A DNA stretch of 35,035 nucleotides from Planctomycetota bacterium (GTDB lineage Bacteria > Planctomycetota > B15-G4 > JADJEK01): the NCBI GenBank assembly GCA_044225365.1, contig JBGAIQ010000056.1:1-35035 (forward strand), written 5' to 3'. Made by a program: the position numbers and the translations under genes. Each line of letters opens with the position of its first letter. Position 1 is the stretch's first letter. The notes beneath the pieces were generated by a model. The model was not told where the DNA came from, ran no database searches, and worked only from the letters and a program-made list of their open reading frames with translations. This document shows, piece after piece, positions 19,388 through 29,532 of this stretch.

Positions 19388-21586
19388 TCACCGCAAGAGC
19401 GATGAACTCTCGCTCTCGGACGCGAGGAACTTCTCGGTGTAAGCCGGATCGACGTCGCGGCAGGCGCGCGTCGCTCGTTCTACGATCTCGGCGTAATCGG
19501 GATCCTCGGTCCGACGGAGGAATTCCTGCGCCAGGATCACGAGGCGCAACAGGTGCCGGAAGACGAGCCCTTCGTTCTTCTGCAGCGAGCGCGACTTCAC
19601 GAAGCGATTGAAGTCGTCGCCACTGTCGAAGATCCCGCCCGCGACCCATTTGGCTTGGACGATCGGTGCGTCGGGATGCGGCAGATCCTTCTCGTACGCG
19701 ATGCGCAGCATGTCGGGGAATTCCGGCGGACGCTCTTCGCGCTCTTCGTCGTCGTCGCGGAAGTGGTCGAGGATCGATTCCTTTCGCTCGGGTTCGGGCT
19801 CGCCCTCCTTCGGGGCTTCGGCGGCGAGTCGCACTCCCATCGCGATCATCAGCGGTTCGAGGAGATCCCGCTGCAGCGGACCCTTGCCGTGATCGTGCGG
19901 ACCGGCTGCGCGAATGACCTTCCACGGAACCTCGAGCACCGACTCGAGTGCGCCGACTTTCTCCACCACGTCCGCGCGCGCGAGGATCTTCGTGAGGAAC
20001 ACGCCGTACGGCGGATCGATGGAACGGAAGTCGAGGAGCGTCTCGATCGACTTGTCGACCTCGACGTGATCGGTCGCCGCGTCGCGCTTCAAGAAGCCCA
20101 TCGACTCGAGGTTCGCGATCATGCGATCGAGTTGCGAGTCGAAGAGCGCGAGGCGATCGGGCGTATCGAAGCGACTCTTCAGGAAGCGGCGCACGTCCGC
20201 GAGGTCGCGGCTCTTCGCGAGCAGGTACACGAGCACGCCGTACGGAATCATCCCGCGGCTGCTGAGTTTCTGCGGCCCCGCCTTGATGAGCGCTTCGAGC
20301 TGGCCCTTCGTCCAGTATTGCTCGGTCGAGCGCCGCGACGGCTTCTTGCGATCGAGCTCCTTCAACGCCTTCAGGATCCCAAGGTCCTTACTCTGCTTCG
20401 AGAGCGCGTCGTACTTCACGCGCCACTTCGCGATGCGGACGTCGTCCTCATGGGCGAGCACGTAGACGTAGCCTTGCTTGTCGAATTGCGGCCGCCCGGC
20501 GCGGCCGAACATCTGATGGGCGGAGGACGACGGAATCACCTTCTGCGATCCCGGCTTGCCGGTGAGCAGCTTCGTGAGCACGACGGAGCGCGCCGGAAGA
20601 TTGACGCCCGCCGCGAGCGTCTCGGTACACACGACGAACGGCACGAGCTTGCGCAGGAACAGCGCTTCGACGAGTTCCTTGTGCTTCGGCAGGAGGCCTG
20701 CGTGATGGACGCCGACACCTCGTATGAGCATCTGCGACAGCTTGGGCCCGATGCCCTGCGTGAGGTCGCGCTCCTTCAACTCGGCTTCGATGACGTCGCG
20801 CGTCTCGCGCGGGATCAGCGGCAAGCCCTTCAGTCGATCGGCGACCTCCCAGCACTCGTCGCGCACGAAGCAGAACACGAGCGCGGGAACGCGCGCGGCC
20901 GATTCGTCGCCCGCGGGCGGCAGCATCGACTCGAGTTGATCCTGGAGCAGCTTGTCCTCGACCCAGTTGAATTCGAGCGGCACGCGGCGCTCGTTCGTCG
21001 TCACGAGACGCAGGGATCGACCGTGGTGTTTCTCGAGCCAGATCGTGAAGTCGACGGCGTTGCCGACCGTCGCCGACAACAGGAGCAGACGCACGTGCTT
21101 CGGCAGGAAGACGAGCGCGAGCTCCCACACGATCCCGCGATCGAGATCGTTGAACCAGTGGAACTCGTCCATCACCACGGCGGACACATCGTCGAACGCC
21201 TGGTTCGAGAGCACGTGATTGAGAAGGATCTCCGCAACGACGACGCGGACGCGCGCGTCCGGATTGACCTTGCGATTGCCCGTGATGAGCCCGATGTCCT
21301 CGCGGGCAAAGCCCCACTCCTCGGCCTTGTCCTGCAGGTCGCGGAACTTCTGGTCGGTGAGCGCGATGAGCGGCGTCGTGTAGTAGATGCGCTCGTTGGC
21401 GCGCAGCGCTTCGAAGACCGCGGCTTCTGCGATCAGCGTCTTGCCCATCCCCGTCGGCGCGGTGACCAGCACGCCGCCCTTGCACTCGAACCACGCGAGC
21501 AGCGCCTCTTCCTGGAACGGATACAGCGTGTGCGGTATCCGATCGAGGAACTCGGCGCAGATCTCGTCGCGGGAGGGTCGGGGCAT
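19388..21586 (-). CDS. Ski2-like SF2 DEAD/DEAH-box helicase (HelY-like)
   Basis: Q motif YPFQEE, APTGMGKT, DEFH, LSAT, HHAG, TETLAAGVNLPAR, QMFGRAGR. Confidence 0.92.
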   Translation of the reverse strand: MPRPSRDEICAEFLDRIPHTLYPFQEEALLAWFECKGGVLVTAPTGMGKTLIAEAAVFEALRANERIYYTTPLIALTDQKFRDLQDKAEEWGFAREDIGLITGNRKVNPDARVRVVVAEILLNHVLSNQAFDDVSAVVMDEFHWFNDLDRGIVWELALVFLPKHVRLLLLSATVGNAVDFTIWLEKHHGRSLRLVTTNERRVPLEFNWVEDKLLQDQLESMLPPAGDESAARVPALVFCFVRDECWEVADRLKGLPLIPRETRDVIEAELKERDLTQGIGPKLSQMLIRGVGVHHAGLLPKHKELVEALFLRKLVPFVVCTETLAAGVNLPARSVVLTKLLTGKPGSQKVIPSSSAHQMFGRAGRPQFDKQGYVYVLAHEDDVRIAKWRVKYDALSKQSKDLGILKALKELDRKKPSRRSTEQYWTKGQLEALIKAGPQKLSSRGMIPYGVLVYLLAKSRDLADVRRFLKSRFDTPDRLALFDSQLDRMIANLESMGFLKRDAATDHVEVDKSIETLLDFRSIDPPYGVFLTKILARADVVEKVGALESVLEVPWKVIRAAGPHDHGKGPLQRDLLEPLMIAMGVRLAAEAPKEGEPEPERKESILDHFRDDDEEREERPPEFPDMLRIAYEKDLPHPDAPIVQAKWVAGGIFDSGDDFNRFVKSRSLQKNEGLVFRHLLRLVILAQEFLRRTEDPDYAEIVERATRACRDVDPAYTEKFLASESESSSLLR

Positions 21587-21845
21587 TGGGGGCTCGGAAT
21601 CGTTCGCGGAAGTCGCCGCAGCCTAGCAGCCCGTCGCGATCGACTGCGCGATGGAGCTCTGAAGATGAAACATTGGCAAGAATTCCCGCGCGAACGAGAC
21701 AAGCGATTAGTTTCTCCGATTCGGCCAAGAGGAGCGTCGGCGAGGAGTTCCGACGATGGCCGTGTGTCGCGCGGGGGCTACCTCGTTGCCGCCCCGCACG
21801 GCCTTTGCGATTCGATTCAGCTCTCTGCAGGAGCCCGCGAAGAGC

Positions 21846-23510
21846 GTGGCAGAAACGACGAACGATTCGGCCCCGTCGAAGCTCGAGATACCGATCCTCG
21901 TGATCGCGTTGTCTCTCGCTTTCGCTGCGCTGCTCTACAACATCGTGTCGGAGCCACTCGACCACGGGTACACCCGCTACGGCTCGATCGCCTGGCACAT
22001 GGTGGCGACGGGAGACTACGTCGTCCCGCGCCTCGGCGATCAGATCTACATCCTGAAGCCGCCATTGCAGAGCTGGATGATCGCGCTCGGGATCGAGCTC
22101 GTGGGCGCTGTCCCGAATTGGGTGACCCACATCCCGAATCTGCTCGGCGCCACGGCGAGCATCGCGGCCACGTGGTTCCTCGCGCGGCGCCTCCTGAACA
22201 GCGCACGCGGTGCGACCCTCGCCGCGCTCGTCCTCGCTTCGTTCAGCACGTTCGTCGAACACTCGCGCGGCGAGCGCGTCGATCCGCTGTTCGCCGATTC
22301 CCTCGTCACGGCGATCACGTTCTTCCACGCCGCGATGCTCGACGACGGCAAGCGCGTCGGCCGCGAACTCGCGGCGATGTGGCTCTCCCTCGTCGTCGCG
22401 CTCCTCACCAAGGGGCCGTTCGGGATCATCTTCTTCCTCGCGGTCACCCTGCCGTACGCGATCTCGATCGGTAAGGCGAAGCTGTTCCTGTCGCGGACGA
22501 GCGTGATGTTTGCGCTCGTCGCCTTCGCGATCACGGCGATCTGGCCGTGCCTCCTGATCCACCGCCTAGGTTGGGACGAGGTCGTTCGCGTCTTCCAGAT
22601 GTCGGAGTTCACGAAGCAGGCGGGAGGGCCGCTCTTCTACCTCAGCGCGATTCCGCTCTCGATCGTGCCGTGGGCGATCTTCCTGCCCGCTCTCGCGTTC
22701 TTCCTCGGCCGGGCGAAGCCGTGGAGCGATTCGTTGAGCCTGCGATTGCCGTGCATCTGGATCGGCATCTTCGTCGTCGCGCTGCATCTCTCGATGACGC
22801 GTCACGAGCGTTACCTGCTGCCCATCCTCGCGCCCCTGGCGATCCTCCTCGCGGCGATGGCGATCCACTCCGATCCACTCGTGCAGCGAGTCACCCGCTG
22901 GACCGGGATCGTCGGTGCGGTCGGCATCGCGGCCATCGCGGGTGGAGTGCGCATCGTCCCTCCGCAAGTATTCGACGTGCCCGCAGAGTTCTCGACTCGC
23001 TCGGTCGTCGTCCTCTTCTTCGCCGCCGCCGCGCTCTACGAGTTCTTGCGTCAGCGGCCCGTGATCCACGGAACGCTCCGGCTCGGCCTCGCCTGCCTGC
23101 TGATGTTCGCGCTGCGCGACGTCTACGACGCGAAGAAGATGATGAAGATGGACGGCCGCAAGGAGGCGATCGCCGAACTCCTTCCGACCCTTCGAGAGCA
23201 CACCGTTTACTCGCACGTCAGCGTCGACTACGAGAAGCTCGGCATGATCGAGATGATCGTGCGGCACGAGCTGCCGCGGCTACCGCGAGCGTCTCCGAGC
23301 GCGCTCGCGATCTCCGAGGTGATCGACGCGGAATCCGGCCAGTCGCTGCGGCCCAAGGGCCTCGCTCCCGGCGACGCGTTCTACGTGCTCGCGTCCCCCA
23401 CCGCGTTCGGGATTCCTGCGGACCTGCAGGGGCTCGGCGAAACAGAGGTCGTCGCCAAACTCGAACTCGACGAAACGAAGTTCGTGCTCGTGCGCTGCCG
23501 GACGTCCTAG
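21846..23510 (+). CDS. ArnT-like GT-C glycosyltransferase
   Basis: RY...M..TGDYVVPRL...KPPL..W, LLTKGP, PLFYL, PW, RYLLP. Multi-TM. Start uncertain (GTG 21846 with upstream AGGAG, or ATG 21756). Confidence 0.8.
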   Translation: MAETTNDSAPSKLEIPILVIALSLAFAALLYNIVSEPLDHGYTRYGSIAWHMVATGDYVVPRLGDQIYILKPPLQSWMIALGIELVGAVPNWVTHIPNLLGATASIAATWFLARRLLNSARGATLAALVLASFSTFVEHSRGERVDPLFADSLVTAITFFHAAMLDDGKRVGRELAAMWLSLVVALLTKGPFGIIFFLAVTLPYAISIGKAKLFLSRTSVMFALVAFAITAIWPCLLIHRLGWDEVVRVFQMSEFTKQAGGPLFYLSAIPLSIVPWAIFLPALAFFLGRAKPWSDSLSLRLPCIWIGIFVVALHLSMTRHERYLLPILAPLAILLAAMAIHSDPLVQRVTRWTGIVGAVGIAAIAGGVRIVPPQVFDVPAEFSTRSVVVLFFAAAALYEFLRQRPVIHGTLRLGLACLLMFALRDVYDAKKMMKMDGRKEAIAELLPTLREHTVYSHVSVDYEKLGMIEMIVRHELPRLPRASPSALAISEVIDAESGQSLRPKGLAPGDAFYVLASPTAFGIPADLQGLGETEVVAKLELDETKFVLVRCRTS

Positions 23511-23638
23511 CGAACGGACGTCGAGCGTTTCCTTCCGCGCGATCCTCTTGGTGTAGGATGCTCGAGTTCGACGCAATCCTCGGCTGGCGCCCGATGGATT
23601 CGGAAAAGGGTACGACGAACTCTCGAGAAGGACGAACC

Positions 23639-26143
23639 ATGAAGGCACTCATCTTCGCGTTGGCTCTCGGAGTCGCGCCCAGCGTCTTCGCGCAAACCTG
23701 CTTGCCCTTCATCGGCAGGCAATACGACGCCGGGGACAATCCCAAGTCCGTGGCGATCGCTGACCTGAATGGGGACGGCGCCGCCGACCTCGCGGTCGCG
23801 GACTATTCGGTCGACGGAATCTCGGTGCTCTACGGAACCGGAGCCGGGCGCTTTGCCGCGCCGATGAAGATCGCGATCGGAGCGAAGCCCGCTTCCATCG
23901 CATGCGCGGATTTCAACGGTGACGGACGCCCCGATATCGTGACTGCGAATCCGGACAGCGCGAACGTGTCCGTCCTGATCTCGAAAGGGAACGCGTTCTT
24001 TCCGCCCACCACTTTCGCAACGGGCCTCAGTCCGCAGTTTGTCGCGGTCGGTGATCTCAACGTCGACGGCAAACTCGACCTCGCGGTCATGACCTACTTC
24101 AACGGGGTCTCCGTCCTCCTCGGAAACGGAACCGGAGGATTCAAGAAGCGAAAGCAGTACGGCGGCGGCGCAGGAGGACTTGGCGTCGCGATCGGAGATC
24201 TGAATGCGGACGGGCTCCCGGATCTGGCTTTGGCGAGCGAGCTAGGCGACGTGTCGATCTTGCTCGGCCTCGGACTCGGTGCGTTCGCAGGACCCAAGAG
24301 TGTGTATGCCGGATACGGTCCGTTCTCGATCGCGATCGCGGACTTGACCGGAGATGGAAAGCCGGACCTGGCTGTCGGCAATAGCGGCGCGAAAAAGGTC
24401 TCGTTCCTCGTCGGCAATGGAGCTGGCGGCTTCGGCCCGCCGACCACTTTGATCGTCGGATTGAGTCCCGCCTCGGTTGCGATCGATGACCTCAACGGCG
24501 ACGGCAAACTCGACATCGCGACGGGAAACAACTGGGACTACGACGTCTCCATCCTCTTCGGCGACGGACTCGGGACATTCTCCGAGGCGAAGTCCATCGC
24601 GGCCGGATCCGACATCCGTTCGATCCAGATCGGCGACCTCGATGGAGACGAGCATCCCGACCTCGTCGTCGTCAATGACTCCTCGGACACGGCTTCCGTT
24701 CTATTGAGCGATGGAAGCGGAGGCTTCATCGAGCCCCCCAGCCTCGGCTTCGGGCCGCGGGCGATCGTGCCCACGGACATCGACGACGACGGAATACTCG
24801 ATCTCGTGATGCCGTTGAACTATCCGCACTTCCTCGCGACGGTGTTGGGCGATGGGAAGGGCGGGTTCTCCGCGGCTGTGTACTTCGACGGCGATTTCAC
24901 TTTCTACTCGCGAGACCTCGCGGTCGGGGACCTCAACAAGGATGGGAAGAAAGATGTCGTCGTCGCGAGTTACACGCCTTCCAAGGTGACTGCGGCGCTG
25001 GGAGACGGCCATGGCGGATTCGTCGCGGGAGCTTCGATCGCCCTCGTCGATGGAGCGACCGCGGTCGCGATCGCAGACTTCGATGGGAATGGACACTCGG
25101 ACCTCGCGATCTCGTCGGGGAAGTTCGTTTCCATCGCCCTCGGCGATGGCCAGGGCGGATTCTCCGCGCTCGTCGATCACGCGTTGGTATCCAATACCAA
25201 CGACATCGTGATCGGGGACTTCGATCACGATGGCAAGCAGGATCTCGCGGTCGCGAACGAGTCGTACGACCACGTGATCTCGATCCTGCTCGGGTATGGT
25301 TCCGGCGGATTCTCGGCGCCGAAGAACTTCGATGTAGGGGACTTTCCTGTCTCGATCGCGATGGTCGATTTCGATGGGAACGGCAATCTCGATCTCGCCG
25401 TCGCCAATCGCATCTCGAACAACGTCTCTGTGCTCTTCGGAGACGGGCATGGCGCGTTCTCCCCGCCCTCGAACTACGGCGTCGGCGAGTCCCCCGTCTC
25501 CATCGCCGCTCCCGACGTGAACGGCGACGGGAAACCGGATCTCGTCGTTGCGAATCAGTACCCGAGCAATCTCTCGCTCCTCCTGAACACGGGGAACGGA
25601 CAATTCGGTTCGGTCGTGAACTACCTCGGCGGCATGGGTCCGCAGGCCATGACGGTCGGCGACTTCAACAAAGACGAACTGCCCGACCTCGCCGTGTCGG
25701 ACGGTTACACGAAGCCGGCTCTTCGAATCCTGCTACACCAGTGCTCGTCGCGCCCTGTCGTCCCTTTTGGTGCGGGTTGCGCGGGCTCGAGTGGGTTCGT
25801 GCCGTCGCTGGGGACGAGTTGCTGTCCAGGCCCGGGTCAAACCGTGATCGTCACTCTCGAGCATGGCCTCGGCGGGGCGAACGCGGTTCTCCTCGTCGGC
25901 CTGAATCCAGCCGCGATCGTGCTCCCAGGACCCGGCTCGTGCTCTCTTCTCGTCGATCCCGTTCTTCCGTTGATCGTCTCGCTTCCTCTCGACGGGAACG
26001 GCCCGGGAAACGGCACCTTCCGGATCGAAGCGTCGATTCCTCCGGGCGTCTTCGTCGACGCCCTGACGATTCAGGCATTCGTCGACGATCCCGGAGTGCC
26101 GCAGGGTTTCGCGAGCACGAACGGCCTCGAACTGAAGATGTAA
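23639..26143 (+). CDS. Secreted FG-GAP/VCBS-repeat protein (14 repeats, likely two 7-bladed propellers) with the shared C-terminal domain
   Basis: ATG 23639 after GAAGGA. Signal peptide MKALIFALALGVAPSVFA|QT. 14 D-x-[ND]-x-D-G-x-x-D-type repeats counted. C-terminal domain at 25742-26143. Confidence 0.9.
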   Translation: MKALIFALALGVAPSVFAQTCLPFIGRQYDAGDNPKSVAIADLNGDGAADLAVADYSVDGISVLYGTGAGRFAAPMKIAIGAKPASIACADFNGDGRPDIVTANPDSANVSVLISKGNAFFPPTTFATGLSPQFVAVGDLNVDGKLDLAVMTYFNGVSVLLGNGTGGFKKRKQYGGGAGGLGVAIGDLNADGLPDLALASELGDVSILLGLGLGAFAGPKSVYAGYGPFSIAIADLTGDGKPDLAVGNSGAKKVSFLVGNGAGGFGPPTTLIVGLSPASVAIDDLNGDGKLDIATGNNWDYDVSILFGDGLGTFSEAKSIAAGSDIRSIQIGDLDGDEHPDLVVVNDSSDTASVLLSDGSGGFIEPPSLGFGPRAIVPTDIDDDGILDLVMPLNYPHFLATVLGDGKGGFSAAVYFDGDFTFYSRDLAVGDLNKDGKKDVVVASYTPSKVTAALGDGHGGFVAGASIALVDGATAVAIADFDGNGHSDLAISSGKFVSIALGDGQGGFSALVDHALVSNTNDIVIGDFDHDGKQDLAVANESYDHVISILLGYGSGGFSAPKNFDVGDFPVSIAMVDFDGNGNLDLAVANRISNNVSVLFGDGHGAFSPPSNYGVGESPVSIAAPDVNGDGKPDLVVANQYPSNLSLLLNTGNGQFGSVVNYLGGMGPQAMTVGDFNKDELPDLAVSDGYTKPALRILLHQCSSRPVVPFGAGCAGSSGFVPSLGTSCCPGPGQTVIVTLEHGLGGANAVLLVGLNPAAIVLPGPGSCSLLVDPVLPLIVSLPLDGNGPGNGTFRIEASIPPGVFVDALTIQAFVDDPGVPQGFASTNGLELKM

Positions 26144-26341
26144 CGCAAGCGCGATTCCGAAGAGCTTGGTCAGCAGCCCGTTGAACAACTCGGCCGGCAT
26201 TCGCCCGGCTGCGAAGCGCCAGGACATCGTCGGACATCGTCGCCATATCGTTCCTGAGCCAGTGATCTTCATTTCTCACGCGATCGTCGTACGATCGAGG
26301 CTCGTTCGGCGCCGGACAATTCTCCAACGGGTTCGGGTTCG

Positions 26342-29300
26342 ATGCGCTCCAGCACACCCTCGAAGATCCACGGAATCGTTCTCGTCGGGGTCATCGCCCA
26401 CACGGGGCTCGCCGCTGACGCCACGGTCGACTTCAATCGCGACGTGCGACCGATCCTCGCGCAACACTGCTTTCCCTGCCATGGGCCCGATGAGGGCAAG
26501 CGGCGCGGCGGACTGCGACTCGATCTCGAGCAGAGCGCAGGCATGGAGCTGAAGAGCGGCCATCGCGCGATCGTGCAGAAGGACGTCTCCGCGAGCGAAC
26601 TCGTGAAGCGCATTCGCGCCGCAGACGCGGATGAGCGCATGCCGCCCGCCGAGGCGAAGAAGCCGCTCGCAGAAAGCGACATCGCGACGCTCGTGCGCTG
26701 GATCGAAGCGGGTGGGCGCTACGACGAGCATTGGGCGTTCAAGGAGCTTCCCGCCGAGGTGCCGATCCCGGAGGTCGCGAATTCGAACGGCAGCGAGAAT
26801 CCGATCGATCGCTTCGTCGTCGCTCACCTGCAGCACGAAGGAATGAAGCCGTCCCCGGAGGCCTCGCGCGAGACTCTGCTGCGACGCGTCAGCCTCGATC
26901 TCGATGGGATCCCGCCGACGCCGGAGGAGGTCGCGGCGTTTCGCGGCGACGCGAGCGAGAACGCCTACGAGAAGGTCGTCGATCGCCTGCTCGCGAGTCC
27001 GCGCTTCGGCGAGAAGCTGGCGCAGGGCTGGCTCGACGTCGCGCGCTACGCCGACTCCTACGGTTATCAGTCCGATCAGTTGTCGAGCTTCTGGCCGTGG
27101 CGCGACTTCGTGGTGCGTTCGTTCAACGAGAACCTGCCCTACGACCAGTTCCTGACCTGGCAGCTCGCGGGCGATCTCCTTCCCTCGCCGACGCGCGACC
27201 AACGACTCGCGACCGCGTTCTCGCGACTGCATCGCATGACGAACGAGGGCGGCACGATCCACGAGGAGTTCCGCGTCGAGGGCGTCGTCGATCGCGTCAA
27301 TACGTTCGGAACGGCGTTCCTCGGGCTCACGATCGAGTGCGCGCGCTGCCACGATCACAAGTTCGACCCGATCACGACGCAGGACTACTACGGCCTCTTC
27401 GCACAGTTCCAGAACATCGAGGAGGAGGGCACGTACCTCGACTCCGGGATCATCCCGACGCCATCGCTCCTCCTGCCGACGCCCGAGCAGGAAGCGCAGA
27501 GGAACGCCGCAATGGCGAAGGTCGCGACGGCCCGCGCCGCGCTCGACGAAGCGATGCGGTCGAGCCGACCGACGCTCTCCGACTGGATCCAGAGTCGCCC
27601 GGGCGATGCGAAGATCGAGGATCGCGGATGCGTGGCGCGCGTCGACTTCGAGTCGATCGACAACGGAGTCGCAGCGAGTTCGCCCGCGACGCTCGCCGGC
27701 ATGAACCTCGGCGGCAGCAAGGTCGTGGACGGCGCCGACGCGTTCCGCGGCAAGGCCCTCCTGCTCAACGGCGAGGACGGTGCGAGTTTCGATCCTTCGA
27801 AGCTCGCGCCCGAGATCGGCGAAGTCTTCGTGCCGTTCACGCTCGGTTTCGAATTGAAGATCCCGGCGTCGCTTGGCGATTCTTCGCGCGTCATCGTCTG
27901 CCGCTCGGGCGGAACCGATGTCGGCTACCACGGCTTCGATCTCATGCTCGATGACGGCGCCGTCGCGGCGCGGATCTATCGCCACTGGCCGGGAAACGCG
28001 ATCGCCGTGAAGACGAAAGCGCGACTGCCCCGCGACCGCTTCGTCCACCTCGCGTGCAGCTTCGACGGCATGGGTTCCGCCGCGGGCTTCGCGATCTACT
28101 TCGATGGCGAGCGCATGCCCGTCGACGTGATCCACGACAAGGCCTGGAAGACGACCGAACCCGGCAACGGCTGGAGCGGCGGAGTGGCCTTCGGCGCGCG
28201 CTTCCGCGATCGCGGACTCGCCGGTGCGGTGATCGACGACGTCGTCGCCTACGACCGCGCGCTCGCCCCGATCGAGGTGAAGAACCTCGTCGATCCGACC
28301 GCGATCGAGAAGGCGCTTCACGCGCCGCTGCAGGACGCGATGGAGCTGCGGGGCTACTTCACCGCCGTCGTCTCCGAGCCGATCCGCACCGCTGCGGCGA
28401 ACGTGCGCAGCGCGTTGAAGGAACAGGTCGCGATCGAGAATGGCATCCAGGAGATCGCCGTCATGGAGGAGAGCGCGACGAAGCCCGCGTTCGTCCTCTC
28501 GCGCGGACGCTACGACCAGAAGGACGCCGCGCGTCCCGTGGCCGCCGCGGCGCCCGCGCATCTCGGACTGCCCAGCGCGCTCGAACCGAAGAACCGACTC
28601 GGGCTCGCGAAATGGCTCTGCGCTCCGAATCACCCGCTCACGGCCCGCGTCGCGGTGAATCGGCTTTGGGCCCAGTGCTTCGGCAAGGGGCTCGTTCCGA
28701 CGCTCGAGAACTTCGGAATGCAGGGCGAGATGCCGGCCCATCCCGAATTGCTCGACTGGCTCGCGCGGGATTTCGTCCGCCATGGCTACGACGTGAAGCA
28801 CGTCTTGAAGACGATCGTGATGAGCCGGACCTATCGCCAGTCCTCGGCGCGAAGTCCGAACGATCGCGACCCGGAGAATCGGCTGTTCGCGCGCGGGCCG
28901 AGCAAGCGCCTGCCGGGCGAAGCCCTTCGCGACAGCGCGCTGTACGCGGCGGGTCTCCTCCACGAGCGACTCGGAGGACCGCCGGTTTCGCCGTACCAAC
29001 CCGCGAACTTCTGGACCGAATCCAATTCGATGAGTCCGGGTTACTCGGAGAGCGTCGCACCCGACGTGTGGCGACGCAGTCTCTACACGGTGTGGAAGCG
29101 CACTTCGCCGATGCCGAACATGACGCTGTTCGACGCGCCGAGCCGCGAGGTCTGCGTCGCGCGCCGCTCGTCGACGAACACGCCGCTCCAAGCGCTCGTT
29201 CTCCTCAACGACGTGCAGTTCGTCGAGGCCTGCCGGGTGCTCGCGGAGAAGGCGATGAAGGCGTCGGACGCGACGCCTGCGCGAATCGCGGACTGCTTCG

Positions 29301-29524
29301 TGCGACTGTGTGCGCGAGCGCCGGATGCGGACGAGCTCGCGACCCTCGAGGATCTCGTCGCCCGGCAGTACGAGTTCTTCGCCGCGGACCTGCCCGCTGC
29401 GAAGTCCTTCCTCTCCATCGGCAAGGCGGCGCGCGACGAGTCGCTCGATCCCGCGCTGCACGCGGCGTTCACCGCGGCGGCGCAAGCGATCATGAATTCC
29501 GACCTCTTCATCACGGAACGCTGA
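26342..29524 (+). CDS. Planctomycete cytochrome c + DUF1549 + LamG-like + DUF1553 (PSD1) protein
   Basis: Signal peptide. [79 protein letters not shown]. Two CxxCH motifs. Confidence 0.93.
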   Translation: MRSSTPSKIHGIVLVGVIAHTGLAADATVDFNRDVRPILAQHCFPCHGPDEGKRRGGLRLDLEQSAGMELKSGHRAIVQKDVSASELVKRIRAADADERMPPAEAKKPLAESDIATLVRWIEAGGRYDEHWAFKELPAEVPIPEVANSNGSENPIDRFVVAHLQHEGMKPSPEASRETLLRRVSLDLDGIPPTPEEVAAFRGDASENAYEKVVDRLLASPRFGEKLAQGWLDVARYADSYGYQSDQLSSFWPWRDFVVRSFNENLPYDQFLTWQLAGDLLPSPTRDQRLATAFSRLHRMTNEGGTIHEEFRVEGVVDRVNTFGTAFLGLTIECARCHDHKFDPITTQDYYGLFAQFQNIEEEGTYLDSGIIPTPSLLLPTPEQEAQRNAAMAKVATARAALDEAMRSSRPTLSDWIQSRPGDAKIEDRGCVARVDFESIDNGVAASSPATLAGMNLGGSKVVDGADAFRGKALLLNGEDGASFDPSKLAPEIGEVFVPFTLGFELKIPASLGDSSRVIVCRSGGTDVGYHGFDLMLDDGAVAARIYRHWPGNAIAVKTKARLPRDRFVHLACSFDGMGSAAGFAIYFDGERMPVDVIHDKAWKTTEPGNGWSGGVAFGARFRDRGLAGAVIDDVVAYDRALAPIEVKNLVDPTAIEKALHAPLQDAMELRGYFTAVVSEPIRTAAANVRSALKEQVAIENGIQEIAVMEESATKPAFVLSRGRYDQKDAARPVAAAAPAHLGLPSALEPKNRLGLAKWLCAPNHPLTARVAVNRLWAQCFGKGLVPTLENFGMQGEMPAHPELLDWLARDFVRHGYDVKHVLKTIVMSRTYRQSSARSPNDRDPENRLFARGPSKRLPGEALRDSALYAAGLLHERLGGPPVSPYQPANFWTESNSMSPGYSESVAPDVWRRSLYTVWKRTSPMPNMTLFDAPSREVCVARRSSTNTPLQALVLLNDVQFVEACRVLAEKAMKASDATPARIADCFVRLCARAPDADELATLEDLVARQYEFFAADLPAAKSFLSIGKAARDESLDPALHAAFTAAAQAIMNSDLFITER

Positions 29525-29532
29525 GACACACG

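Noticed and set aside
19388-21586. Helicase as part of an anti-phage defence system
   Set aside because: Stand-alone Ski2/HelY-like gene with no adjacent nuclease, methylase or other defence-type partner.
22547-23638. Apparent N-terminal extensions or fusions in the track (1198-aa FG-GAP, 664-aa FdhD, 977-aa DUF1501, 441-aa SpeE)
   Set aside because: The extensions overlap upstream genes in another frame. Internal starts with SD sites, signal peptides or stop-start overlaps explain the real proteins.
23700-25740. Regularly spaced DNA repeats suggestive of a CRISPR array or tandem repeat
   Set aside because: They are degenerate in-frame FG-GAP protein repeats. No identical repeats with unique spacers and no cas genes.
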